Positions 19,275 to 28,601 of a stretch of 64,000 nt of DNA are shown piece by piece. Below the pieces are notes generated by a model, which was not told the origin of the DNA, ran no database searches, and saw nothing but the letters and a program-made list of their open reading frames with translations. The position numbers were made by a program, and so were the translations under genes. Each line of letters starts with the position of its first letter. Positions within the stretch are counted from its first letter, which is position 1. Location: contig CALOBY010000004.1 of the NCBI GenBank assembly GCA_942491685.1, forward strand, positions 425,965 through 489,964. The letters are read 5' to 3'. This stretch comes from an uncultured Nitrospirota bacterium (GTDB lineage: Bacteria > Nitrospirota > Nitrospiria > Nitrospirales > UBA8639).

Positions 19275-20219
19275 ATGCAGCCAAAACTCACAGCTAAGGC
19301 CTTATGCGGGGATCAGGAAGTCGGAAAGATTTCCAAGGTTATCGTTGATCCCTTGTCTCATGAAATCAGTCATGTGGTCGTCAAGGAGTCTGAGGCTCAA
19401 GGTGTTGATCGTCAAATTCCTATAGGCCAGGTCCAGCAGGTGGTCAGTGAGGAGGAAATTATCCTTCGATGTTCACCGGATGAGTTTGCTCAATTCCCGG
19501 TCATTGATCGTGATCAATATGTCACCATTCACGAGGTTGAGATTGCCCATCTAGAGGATCATCTCCATGTTGAACCTGGGGAAGTGTTAGTCCCTCTCCC
19601 TCGCCTGGAGCAAGGCGTTCCTAGAAGAACGTTTTTCAATAATATGACCCATGCCATTGGAACCCTTATTGCGCTTCCTCTAGCCTATCCGGTCTTGAAG
19701 TATCTGATGAAGCCGATGTTTAAGCCGTTTGATAATCAATGGTTTTCGGTGGGCAACATTAAGAAAGTGAAGCAGGAAAATGTCGGATTCCAGTTTAAAT
19801 TTACTCGTGGGTTTAAAGAAGCCTTTATGCCGGAGCAACAAATAGAAAAAAATATCTGGGTTGTGAAAGCCACGCCAGAAGTTCAAAAAGCAGTGTACGG
19901 CGGGAACGATGTTAAATTTTTCGATAATAAAGGGGATGTTCTTCACGTGAATAAGTCGAACTCCCCTTATATTGGATTTTCCGGGAAATGCCCTCATTTG
20001 GGCTGTGGGTATAAGTGGAGAAAAACAAAAAGTAATCCAGATGGCATTTTTCTCTGTCCATGTCATTTGAGCTTGTACGATGAGGCCGGGAAGGTCATTG
20101 ACGGCCCGGCTCCCCGGGGATTAGATGTCCTGCCAATGAAAGTGGATGCCGCCGGAGAAATTCAGATCATTGATATTGAGTATAAGGCCGGCGTGAAAAA
20201 TCAAATTCGTCTTCTATAA
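19275..20219 (+). CDS. Rieske [2Fe-2S] subunit of a cytochrome bc complex with N-terminal PRC-barrel-like domain
   Basis: CPHLGC and CPCH Rieske boxes, GPAPRGL, internal RRTFF plus TM helix. The N-terminus (VGKISKVIVDP...SHVVV) is PRC-barrel-like. Confidence 0.92.
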   Translation: MQPKLTAKALCGDQEVGKISKVIVDPLSHEISHVVVKESEAQGVDRQIPIGQVQQVVSEEEIILRCSPDEFAQFPVIDRDQYVTIHEVEIAHLEDHLHVEPGEVLVPLPRLEQGVPRRTFFNNMTHAIGTLIALPLAYPVLKYLMKPMFKPFDNQWFSVGNIKKVKQENVGFQFKFTRGFKEAFMPEQQIEKNIWVVKATPEVQKAVYGGNDVKFFDNKGDVLHVNKSNSPYIGFSGKCPHLGCGYKWRKTKSNPDGIFLCPCHLSLYDEAGKVIDGPAPRGLDVLPMKVDAAGEIQIIDIEYKAGVKNQIRLL

Positions 20220-20256
20220 TTAGTCTTCACCAAAACTACATCAAGGATATTTATTC

Positions 20257-21369
20257 ATGCAGCAGGATTCTCAACCCGTGAATCAACCAAATCCTTTTGA
20301 AAAGGTCGTGGAATTTGTTGATGAACGGGTAGGTCTGAAGACCATCCAAGCGAAAATGCTGAATGAGCCGATCCCCGGGGGGTCACGCTGGGCGTATGCC
20401 TTCGGCTCGGTTCTCCTCTTCATTTTCATCCTGCAGGTGGTTACGGGTATCCTGTTGATGTTTTATTACGTCCCCAGTACGGACCATGCTTATGATAGTA
20501 CGCAATACATCATCCATGAGGTAGATTACGGCTGGTTTCTCCTGAGCTATCACTTCTGGGGATCATCTGCGATGGTAGTGATGGTATTTGCCCATATGTC
20601 GCAAGTCTTCTTATGGGGAGCCTATAAAAAGCCTAGAGAGCTGATATGGCTTGTCGGTTTGGCCCTTTTTGGCATTGTCATGGGATTTGGGTTTACCGGA
20701 TATCTTTTGCCATGGGATCAACGGGCTTACTGGGCCACGGTGGTTGGTGTGGAAATTATGGACAAAACCCCAATTGTTGGGGATTTTATGGCCAGATTCC
20801 TCAAAGGGGGACCTACGCCTGGGCAAATGACACTCAGTCGATTTTTTGTGATTCATGTGATGGTGTTACCGGCGGCGTTGGCTGGATTGGCCGGGCTGCA
20901 TATTTTCCTTTTTAGAAAAGCAGGGCCTGCAGGGCCTTTCAGGGGAACGCCAGAGGAGCTCAAGGCGAAGACGGATTACTTTTTCCCAAGGCAGATATGG
21001 AAAGATATTGTGGCCATGGCAACGGTGTTCCTGATTATCTGTTCATTAGCCTTTATTGAGCCGGTTGTTTTACTCCAACAGGCGACGCCTGATCCTGGGG
21101 ATTATCATCCAGAGCCAGAATGGTATTTTCTTTTTCTATTTCAGCTTCTTCGCTTGAAAATGTTTGGGGGGGAGTTTGGTCAGTTCCTTGGCGCGATAGC
21201 AATACCGGGGGCCTTTATGGCCTTTTTGGCAGCGTTGCCTTTCATTGACACCAATCCAGAGCGAAACCTTTTTAAGCGGCCTGCAGCGCTCATTGGTTGG
21301 ATTTTGATCATGGTGATTATTTTGGTGTTTACCGTATCAGCAATAATCAATCGTGAATTCTTGCACTGA
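20257..21369 (+). CDS. petB: Cytochrome b of a bc complex (b6 plus subunit IV-type fusion)
   Basis: GFTGYLLPWDQRAYW, HFWGSS, VHMSQV-equivalent (AHMSQV), RFFVIH and the PEWY motif. Confidence 0.93.
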   Translation: MQQDSQPVNQPNPFEKVVEFVDERVGLKTIQAKMLNEPIPGGSRWAYAFGSVLLFIFILQVVTGILLMFYYVPSTDHAYDSTQYIIHEVDYGWFLLSYHFWGSSAMVVMVFAHMSQVFLWGAYKKPRELIWLVGLALFGIVMGFGFTGYLLPWDQRAYWATVVGVEIMDKTPIVGDFMARFLKGGPTPGQMTLSRFFVIHVMVLPAALAGLAGLHIFLFRKAGPAGPFRGTPEELKAKTDYFFPRQIWKDIVAMATVFLIICSLAFIEPVVLLQQATPDPGDYHPEPEWYFLFLFQLLRLKMFGGEFGQFLGAIAIPGAFMAFLAALPFIDTNPERNLFKRPAALIGWILIMVIILVFTVSAIINREFLH

Positions 21370-21383
21370 TTTATTGGACGGCT

Positions 21384-22253
21384 ATGTCGAATACTAAATT
21401 GGGACTCCTCGTTTTTTGGCCAACATTTTGGACTGGATTTCCACTGAAGTTGGTTTTTGCCATGCTAATGTTGGCTGCACATATGCACCCATGGTCCGGT
21501 TCAGGGCTTTTTTTGCTGCTACTCATTTCTATTCCAATAGACATTTGGGCATTGGGGCTTTGCGCAAAAACTGTATTTATTGATCGATTGAATGTTGATC
21601 CACAGCCGGGGTTTGCCGCCAATCTCTGGGCGCGCTGGGCTGTTTTTACGGCTATTGCTCTGCCTTTAATCAAGATGGTCGTTTCCGGTGCAACGGAGAT
21701 TTCAAAATCGGTAACCTCCAGTATTGTACATTTTATCAAGGAAAGTATTTGGCCTACGCTGCCTGTCGCCGAACAAATTACCCTTGAATTAGTCATGTGG
21801 GGAAGCGCCGCATCGGTTGTACTCATTGTCTGTATCATGGGTTGGCTGTTTGGTCTTGGCTGGCTTACTCAACCCTTTGTGAGAAATGCGAAATCTTTAG
21901 ATGGTACCGAAGCTGAGCGAGCAAATTTCTGGGATGCTCTTCGGATCCCCGCAGATCAGCCCTTATTGTTAACAGCTTTCACAGGGGCGGGAGTGGTTTT
22001 GGTTTTTGTCTTCTGGTCTTTGTTGCCCGCATCAACTCCTCATCCGCATGAAGAGTATGAATTTATTTCAAAGGGATCAAAAGCAGAGAGGGTGGAAACA
22101 AGGAAGGTTTTAAAAGAAGCGGAGCAAGTGCTTGCAAAAGCCGAACTGGTTGTGAAAAAGCTTGAGGAAGAAAAAAGTGGTGAATCAAAAGAGTCAAGTG
22201 GGGAAAAGGTAAAAGAACCGGTGGCAGAAGAAGCGCCGGAAAAAAAGAAATAG
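21384..22253 (+). CDS. Multi-pass membrane protein of unknown function within the respiratory cluster
   Basis: About five to six hydrophobic segments, a PHPH motif and a charged C-terminal tail; co-oriented with its neighbours. Confidence 0.7.
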   Translation: MSNTKLGLLVFWPTFWTGFPLKLVFAMLMLAAHMHPWSGSGLFLLLLISIPIDIWALGLCAKTVFIDRLNVDPQPGFAANLWARWAVFTAIALPLIKMVVSGATEISKSVTSSIVHFIKESIWPTLPVAEQITLELVMWGSAASVVLIVCIMGWLFGLGWLTQPFVRNAKSLDGTEAERANFWDALRIPADQPLLLTAFTGAGVVLVFVFWSLLPASTPHPHEEYEFISKGSKAERVETRKVLKEAEQVLAKAELVVKKLEEEKSGESKESSGEKVKEPVAEEAPEKKK

Positions 22254-22365
22254 CTAAAATACGGACTGCTAAAAACGTACTAAGCTAGCAAGTGAAATAC
22301 GGCATAGGGTATAAAGGTCTGAAATTGGTTCTTGGGTCTAAAAATGAACGAGTGAAGGGGGCCTA

Positions 22366-24249
22366 GTGATGAGATCGGCCAACCGAATAGAACAATCGAC
22401 CATTAAAAATTTTCTGGGGAAAATGCCAACTATCTTTAAGTGGGTAAGCTTCCTTTCGGTGTTGTTGCTTCCGGTGATCGCGATGGCTGCCGGGGCGGAA
22501 ACGAAAGCAATGTCGGTGGAATATCGGGATGTTCCCGGAATTGGCAGTCGGAATCTTGTTTGGGTTGTCGCGCAACAACATCTTCTCTTGGCGGGATTCG
22601 TCCTGGGGGTTCCGATTTTTGGTTGGGTGTGCGAGTTGGTTGGATGGAAAACAAAAGAAGCCCGTTATGACAAATTAGCCAAAGAGTTTACTAAACTCCT
22701 GACCTCGGCATATGCCACCACCGCGTTGTTTGGAGGAATTCTCCTGTTCTTGTTGATTGGGCTCTATCCCAAATTGATGGCCTATCTCACTGATATGTTT
22801 TTCCCATCTTTTCTCGTCTATTGCCTATTGTTTTTAGCTGAAACCGCTACCCTCTACATGTATTGGTACGGGTGGGATTATATGCAGGGGAATAAGAAGG
22901 TCTTTCACTTATTTTTGGGATTCCTTCTGAACTTATTTGCCATTGGAATTATGATCGTTCCTAATTCTTGGGCCACCTTCCAAGCAAGTCCAGTGGTGGT
23001 AGGGGATGGGGATGCTTGGACTCGAGCCTGGATGGCCATGCAGAACCCCACGTGGTGGCCGGTTAATATTCATCGTCTCATTGCCAATGTGGTGCTCGGT
23101 GGGTTTATCGTCGGGGCGTATGCAGGAATTCGTTACCTATTGGCTGTTTCTCAGGAAGAGCGAGAGCATTACGATTGGATGGGATATGTCGGGAACTTTA
23201 TCGGGGTATTTGGCATGCTCCCTCTCCCATTCGCTGGATATTGGTTGATGCGGGAGGTGTATCAATACAATCAGCAGATGGGGATTACCCTCATGGGTGG
23301 TTTCCTTGCATGGTTGTTTATTCTTCAGGCCATGCTTATCGGCGTACTATTTCTTGGGGCAAATTATTATTTTTGGATGGGAATTACCTATCGTATACCC
23401 GGGTCTGAAAATTCGTACAAGAAGCCGATTATGGCTATGCTCGTCGTCCTCTTATTATGTTTAGGTGTTTGGATGACTCCGCATTCCTTGGTGGCGAGCT
23501 TAGCGGAAGCGCAAAAAATGGGAGGCACACATCATCCTTTACTCGGGGTTTTTGGGGTCATGTCTGCCAAAATGACCGTCTCCAATTTAATGATCCTTGT
23601 CACCTTCATGAGTTTTATTATGTATTGGCGCGCGGGGAAGCAAGAAACGGCTGGTTGGGCTAAAGCCGCTAAGGCCATTATGGGTGCTCTGCTTTTTGTT
23701 GGAGGTGTTGCGGTAATTGTCCTTGGGGTGTGGGGCTATTTTGTTCCGGCAATTATCCGGATCAATTATTTCTCCGTCGCACAGGTATTGATCGTCTTAT
23801 TTATTATGGTGACGTTTACACCTTTGACAGCGTTGTTAATGAAAAGTGCCAAAACGACGACTGAAATGGTGTGGGGAAAAATGCCTATTCGTGCGGGCTA
23901 CAGTCTAGTACTCAATGCGGTAATGGTTATTCTGCTGATGTCTTTAATGGGTTACGCCAGATCTTCTTCACGGGTTCATTGGCATATTTATGGTGTGATG
24001 CGTGACACTTCTGAATATGCATTTTCACCGGCATTAGGGTATGCGGCTGCGTTTATGTCCTTAAATACCTTTGTCTATTGCTTGTTGGTGGCTTTTATTT
24101 TCTGGGTTGCGACATTAGGTGATAAAGCCAAAGCGCAACAGGCCAAAGTGCCCTTGTCTGATGTTCCCGGTGGTGCACCGGCTATGGCTGGTGGATCGCC
24201 AAGTTCAGTGGAAAATATTGGGTCCGGATCTCTGGAAAACCATAGGTGA
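22366..24249 (+). CDS. Cytochrome bd-like oxidase subunit I homologue (copy 2, extra histidines)
   Basis: AQQHLLLAGF, YDKLAKE, NIHRLIAN, WMTPH, GGTHHP and RVHWHIYG; paralogous to 16698-18383. The true start may be about 57 nt downstream (MPTIFKW). Confidence 0.82.
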   Translation: MMRSANRIEQSTIKNFLGKMPTIFKWVSFLSVLLLPVIAMAAGAETKAMSVEYRDVPGIGSRNLVWVVAQQHLLLAGFVLGVPIFGWVCELVGWKTKEARYDKLAKEFTKLLTSAYATTALFGGILLFLLIGLYPKLMAYLTDMFFPSFLVYCLLFLAETATLYMYWYGWDYMQGNKKVFHLFLGFLLNLFAIGIMIVPNSWATFQASPVVVGDGDAWTRAWMAMQNPTWWPVNIHRLIANVVLGGFIVGAYAGIRYLLAVSQEEREHYDWMGYVGNFIGVFGMLPLPFAGYWLMREVYQYNQQMGITLMGGFLAWLFILQAMLIGVLFLGANYYFWMGITYRIPGSENSYKKPIMAMLVVLLLCLGVWMTPHSLVASLAEAQKMGGTHHPLLGVFGVMSAKMTVSNLMILVTFMSFIMYWRAGKQETAGWAKAAKAIMGALLFVGGVAVIVLGVWGYFVPAIIRINYFSVAQVLIVLFIMVTFTPLTALLMKSAKTTTEMVWGKMPIRAGYSLVLNAVMVILLMSLMGYARSSSRVHWHIYGVMRDTSEYAFSPALGYAAAFMSLNTFVYCLLVAFIFWVATLGDKAKAQQAKVPLSDVPGGAPAMAGGSPSSVENIGSGSLENHR

Positions 24250-24255
24250 GGCATT

Positions 24256-24888
24256 ATGAGTGAAGTTGCGTTACTCCAAATAATTGGTCTCTGCGTTGTC
24301 GGAGCCGGAATCCTTATACTCCTGTTTATTAAAGGGATGTTTCTTCGTGTAGTGGGTTTTGTGGCTATGGTGTTAGGGATGTTTAGCTTGATTGCGCTAG
24401 GGGTTCCGCAAATGGCCTCCCTCCCTCCGGCAATTGAAACCTTTGATTTAGCTGAAGTGAAAAGCCCGAGTGACTTAGCGGCGATTGGACAAAAAATATT
24501 TTTTAGTAAAGGGCAGTGTGCCCTCTGTCATTCAATTGGGCCAAGTGAGTCAGCCCGGTGCCCAGATTTGAATGGGATTGGAGCGAAGTTGGCGCCAGAG
24601 TTTATCTATGAAAGTCTGACGCAACCACAGGCCTATATATATTTGGACTTCCGGCATGCAACCAAGCCAGAGGAGTATCCTGCACGTATGCCCCATATCG
24701 ATAAAGATCCTATTGGGCTGACTAAACCTGAAATTTATTCTGTGATTGCATTTCTCCAAAAGATGAGTGGAGAGCCAATTAGTATAAAAGTAGAAGATAT
24801 TATGGAATCTGAGGCCGTGAAGGTTGCGTCAATTGCAGATTCTGCTTCGAAGAATTCTGAGTCCCAAGAGAGTGTCGTAGCTCCGTAA
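24256..24888 (+). CDS. Membrane-anchored monoheme cytochrome c
   Basis: Two N-terminal TM helices, CALCH, RCPDL and ARMP. Confidence 0.88.
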   Translation: MSEVALLQIIGLCVVGAGILILLFIKGMFLRVVGFVAMVLGMFSLIALGVPQMASLPPAIETFDLAEVKSPSDLAAIGQKIFFSKGQCALCHSIGPSESARCPDLNGIGAKLAPEFIYESLTQPQAYIYLDFRHATKPEEYPARMPHIDKDPIGLTKPEIYSVIAFLQKMSGEPISIKVEDIMESEAVKVASIADSASKNSESQESVVAP

Positions 24889-24918
24889 GGCGAAGAACCG
24901 GAGCACAGGAGGAATGAA

Positions 24919-25644
24919 ATGAAAGGTCCAATTGCAAGCGGAGCCATACTTATGGCTGGGATGTTTATCTTCCTGAAGTTTATTCTTCCCATGGTGACGG
25001 CCCCGTTGCCGGCGAGTTTGATTTATCTCTATTTGGCTTTGACCTTAAGTGGAATCATGATCTTTGGAACCATGAGTGCTTCAGGTTTGGAGTCTCTTAT
25101 GGGTCCTGTATTTAGATTTTTGTCTGGGAAGGGCCAGTCTGGAATTGGGCAAATGGCAAGGTTGGCTGTTCTCGTGCTTTTCCCTTTGTTGGTTGGATGG
25201 CAAACCTATACTCGTTTGGCTCCAAGTGATCTTCCGCCTGCGGAAAATCGAACCATTCATCCCGCTCCTCCTGGAGAGTTCGTCGGTTTAGCAAATCCTT
25301 ATCAGAATAATGAGGCAAACGTGAATATGGGGAAAGGGCTCTATGCAGCCTACTGTTCGCCATGTCATGGGGCGAACTATGATGGCAAAGGTCCTGCCGC
25401 GAAAGGATTTAATCCGCCTCCGGCAAATTTCAGTGATCCTGGAACAATAGCTCAACTCCAAGAATCCTATTTATTTTGGAGAATTAAAAAAGGTGGTGTA
25501 GGATTGCCTGTAGAAGGGATGCCTTGGAAATCGGCTATGCCCCGCTGGGAAGTAGAATTGCCAGATGAGTTTATTTGGAAAATTATCATGGGTGAGTATG
25601 ACGGGGCTCATCAATCTCCTCGTACGTGGGAAGAAGAAGAGTAG
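24919..25644 (+). CDS. Membrane-anchored monoheme cytochrome c
   Basis: Three TM helices, CSPCH, PPPANF and SAMPRW. Confidence 0.88.
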   Translation: MKGPIASGAILMAGMFIFLKFILPMVTAPLPASLIYLYLALTLSGIMIFGTMSASGLESLMGPVFRFLSGKGQSGIGQMARLAVLVLFPLLVGWQTYTRLAPSDLPPAENRTIHPAPPGEFVGLANPYQNNEANVNMGKGLYAAYCSPCHGANYDGKGPAAKGFNPPPANFSDPGTIAQLQESYLFWRIKKGGVGLPVEGMPWKSAMPRWEVELPDEFIWKIIMGEYDGAHQSPRTWEEEE

Positions 25645-25692
25645 CGCGTTCCTATTCCTAAATTGAGAATTGTTTTTTGTGGAGAATATGAC

Positions 25693-26532
25693 ATGTTGAA
25701 AAGACTGAGATTCCTGACAATGGTGATCGTGGTGGGAGTCCCCGGAATACTCGGTTTTGCTGTTGGATTTGCCAGTGACCCCCCGCCGGCGGATCAAGCT
25801 GTCGGAAGTGTTTCTGTTCGGTTGTATCAAGTGGAGGGGACCCTCCCCGCCGATGATCCGAATTCAGCACAATGGTCGTCTGTTCCAGACTCAGAATTCC
25901 AATTGGCTCCCCAAGTACATTGGCCAGAGCGTATTCAGGAAGTCACTGTGCAATCCGTTAAAGTCAAGGGGCTTCATGACGGTGAAAATCTTGCCATTTT
26001 ATTGGAATATGAGGATCCCACAGAAGATGCAGCGGATGCAGCGGCCATTGAATTTATGGTGGGAGATAAAATGGCGCACTTCGCTCATGGGCAACCTATG
26101 CTTCAGGTTGAAGGGGGTCCGGTCAATATTTGGTTTTGGAAGAAAGAAAATGGGCAGGCTTTGGATATGAGTGCAAAGGGTTTTAAGACCTTAAAGACGC
26201 AAGAAAAACAAGATGTCAGGGCTACCGGTGTGTGGAATGGCGGTTCTTGGAAAGTCGTCTTTTCTCGTGCGCTGAAAACGGAAGATGAACAAGATGTCCA
26301 AATAGAGCCTGGAGAATGGCGGAGCGTGGCTTTTGCGTTTTGGGATGGGGCACTGGTGAGCGGAGTGGCGAAGGAAAAGGGCAGTCAAAAAGCGGTGTCT
26401 TCCTGGTGGTCAATTCGCGCAGAGCCGAGTGCGGATAACTCGATTTTTGCATGGGTCATTCTTGGCCTTGCACTGGCTGCAGGATTCGAATTGGTGGTGG
26501 TACGGAAATTGAGAAAGGGCCAATCAGCATGA
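25693..26532 (+). CDS. EbdC/DMSO-reductase type II gamma-like heme b-binding protein with C-terminal TM (NxrC-candidate family)
   Basis: VKVKGLHDGENLAILLEYED, DAAAIEF, GQPM, VNIWFWK, WKVVFSRAL and VAFAFWDG resemble the EB_dh domain; signal peptide and C-terminal TM helix present. Confidence 0.75.
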   Translation: MLKRLRFLTMVIVVGVPGILGFAVGFASDPPPADQAVGSVSVRLYQVEGTLPADDPNSAQWSSVPDSEFQLAPQVHWPERIQEVTVQSVKVKGLHDGENLAILLEYEDPTEDAADAAAIEFMVGDKMAHFAHGQPMLQVEGGPVNIWFWKKENGQALDMSAKGFKTLKTQEKQDVRATGVWNGGSWKVVFSRALKTEDEQDVQIEPGEWRSVAFAFWDGALVSGVAKEKGSQKAVSSWWSIRAEPSADNSIFAWVILGLALAAGFELVVVRKLRKGQSA

Positions 26533-27563
26533 AACCGGGGGCCAGGGGAATGATGGGTAGGACCTTATTGAAAGTGTTGGCCATAGGTTTGGCGTCAGGT
26601 TTGTTATTATATGGCTGCGCCGGAGATGAAAAGTCGGCCAAAGGTAAAAAACTTTATAATCATTATTGCAGTCACTGCCATGGCGAGTCGGGACAACAAG
26701 GAGAGGGCTTCAACTGGGATCGTATGCCTGATCCTCGTCCCAAAAATCTTGCCTCCAATGCGGAAATGTCGACTTTTAGTGACAAAGAAATATTTGATAC
26801 CGTATATCGGGACATGCGGGATACTTCAGATCCTAAAGTTTTAGATGATGATAATTATTTTGCAGTGTCCACCATGCCAACATTTAAATACACTCTGTCC
26901 GAGGAAGAGATTTGGAGTGTAGTCGGTTATGTTCGGACGTTACATGGGATGTCGTTGACTTTTGACCTGGCGGGTCGGAAGAAAGAATTAGAAGAAGTGT
27001 TAGCCGCCGCGCAACAAGAAATGGAAGCCGCAAAAGCCATTTATGAGGCTGCCGTAGAAAAAGCTGAAGCTGAACAGGCTGCCTATGAAGAAACTTTGAC
27101 AGATGCTCAACTGGAGGACTATGAGCCCGAAGAGATTACCCTTCCTGAAGAAGAGGTATTCCTCGTGGCTAATGAAAAATATGAAAAGGCTAAAGCGGCA
27201 GTAGATAACTTTTCAAAACGTCCCAAAAAAACAAGAATTGAGCGTCCTGATCTCACTATTTCTGAGGCGGAACGAGCGGTGCAGGTAGAAAAAGGGAAGG
27301 CCCTCTATGGCGATACCTATGGCTGCCACGGGTGTCATAGTCTCAATGACGAAGGGGGATTAGTGGGCCCTGCATTAGATCGTGCTGGCTTTCGATTAAA
27401 TCCGACTTGGGTCTATCAATGGATTCGAAATCCTCAAGCCATGAAAAAACATACACGAATGCCGAACTTAGGTGTATCAGATCCAGATGCGAGAGCCTTA
27501 ACGTATTATCTGGGAACCCTGCGTGCGCCAAAGCCTGAGGGGCCAGTTCCAGACCCTGAATAA
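26529..27563 (+). CDS. Diheme cytochrome c lipoprotein
   Basis: Lipobox LYG-C, CSHCH and CHGCH, acidic coiled linker; ATGA overlap with the upstream gene. Confidence 0.88.
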   Translation: MKPGARGMMGRTLLKVLAIGLASGLLLYGCAGDEKSAKGKKLYNHYCSHCHGESGQQGEGFNWDRMPDPRPKNLASNAEMSTFSDKEIFDTVYRDMRDTSDPKVLDDDNYFAVSTMPTFKYTLSEEEIWSVVGYVRTLHGMSLTFDLAGRKKELEEVLAAAQQEMEAAKAIYEAAVEKAEAEQAAYEETLTDAQLEDYEPEEITLPEEEVFLVANEKYEKAKAAVDNFSKRPKKTRIERPDLTISEAERAVQVEKGKALYGDTYGCHGCHSLNDEGGLVGPALDRAGFRLNPTWVYQWIRNPQAMKKHTRMPNLGVSDPDARALTYYLGTLRAPKPEGPVPDPE

Positions 27564-27673
27564 AAGAATCTAGGATTTCCTCATACTAGGATTTTGGGTT
27601 ATCCAGGTAAAAGGCCGTTCTTCATCTCTTCCTAGTTATCCAATCAGTTTTTGGCCACTCGTTTTTAAAATCA

Positions 27674-28570
27674 TTATTGGCTTCCTAGAAACGTCCCTGC
27701 TAGCACGATTGCGCCTACCCAGCAATGTTGTTTGAATAATCCCATTGCCTCTGAGGCTGTGATTGGAGAACGAAGGATGATGACTTGGTACCCCAAGATG
27801 GCCGCTACGAGGCCCAGCCCTAAAAAATACTCCGTTCCCAAATGACTGACCTGCCCAACCATTGATAAAAAGAACAACATAAATAAGCCTGCTAGGCCAA
27901 CTCCCAGCCAAGTGGAGGAGCCAAATAAAATAGCTGAGGATTTCAGGCCTATTTTCAAGTCATCCTCCCTATCCTGGATCGCATAAATCGTATCGTAGGC
28001 AATGGCCCAACAAATTGTGGCAGCAAAAAGTAACCAGGTTTCCGCCTCTAATGCATTACGGACGGCCGACCAGGCCATCACTCCTCCCCAGCCAAAAGCC
28101 AGGCCCAGGACAAATTGCGGAATATGAAGTATTCGCTTACAGAAGGGATAGATTCCGGCGAGGGCCAGAGCAACAGGGCTGAGTAGCCAGGTAAGAGGAG
28201 GTAAGAACGATAACAGTCCTATGGCAATAATGAGTAAAATGACTAATAAACCCAGGGCATCTTTTGGCCGTAATTTTCCTGAAGCGAGGGGGCGATCTCG
28301 TGTCCGCTCAACCTGACCATCGAATGTTCGATCGGCCAGGTCATTCATAATGACCCCTGCACTCCGCATCACAAAACTACCCAGGATGAAGATGATCAGC
28401 AGATTGGTTGGGGGCCAACCTTGAGAAGCCAAGACCAATGCCCATAGAGTCGGGAAGAGCAAGAGGAGTGTGCCTGTTTGGTTGAACAGCCGGATGAGAT
28501 GAGCAAAAGCTTGAAGACGAGGGACAATGGAGACTTGAGAAGAATTAGAAGGCTCGGAGGTGGACATCAA
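27674..28570 (-). CDS. ubiA: UbiA-family 4-hydroxybenzoate polyprenyltransferase
   Basis: GTLLLLFPTLWAL, NDLADRTFDGQVERTRDRPLASG and YDTIYAIQDREDDLKIG (two Asp-rich motifs). Confidence 0.88.
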   Translation of the reverse strand: MMSTSEPSNSSQVSIVPRLQAFAHLIRLFNQTGTLLLLFPTLWALVLASQGWPPTNLLIIFILGSFVMRSAGVIMNDLADRTFDGQVERTRDRPLASGKLRPKDALGLLVILLIIAIGLLSFLPPLTWLLSPVALALAGIYPFCKRILHIPQFVLGLAFGWGGVMAWSAVRNALEAETWLLFAATICWAIAYDTIYAIQDREDDLKIGLKSSAILFGSSTWLGVGLAGLFMLFFLSMVGQVSHLGTEYFLGLGLVAAILGYQVIILRSPITASEAMGLFKQHCWVGAIVLAGTFLGSQ

Positions 28571-28601
28571 GACAACACAAGGTCAATTAAGTCCATGTAC
28601 C

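Noticed and set aside
16098-27563. Nitrite oxidoreductase (nxrAB) or alternative complex III
   Set aside because: No molybdopterin subunit, NxrB-type Fe-S protein, ActB/ActC or pentaheme ActA is present; only a gamma-like protein.
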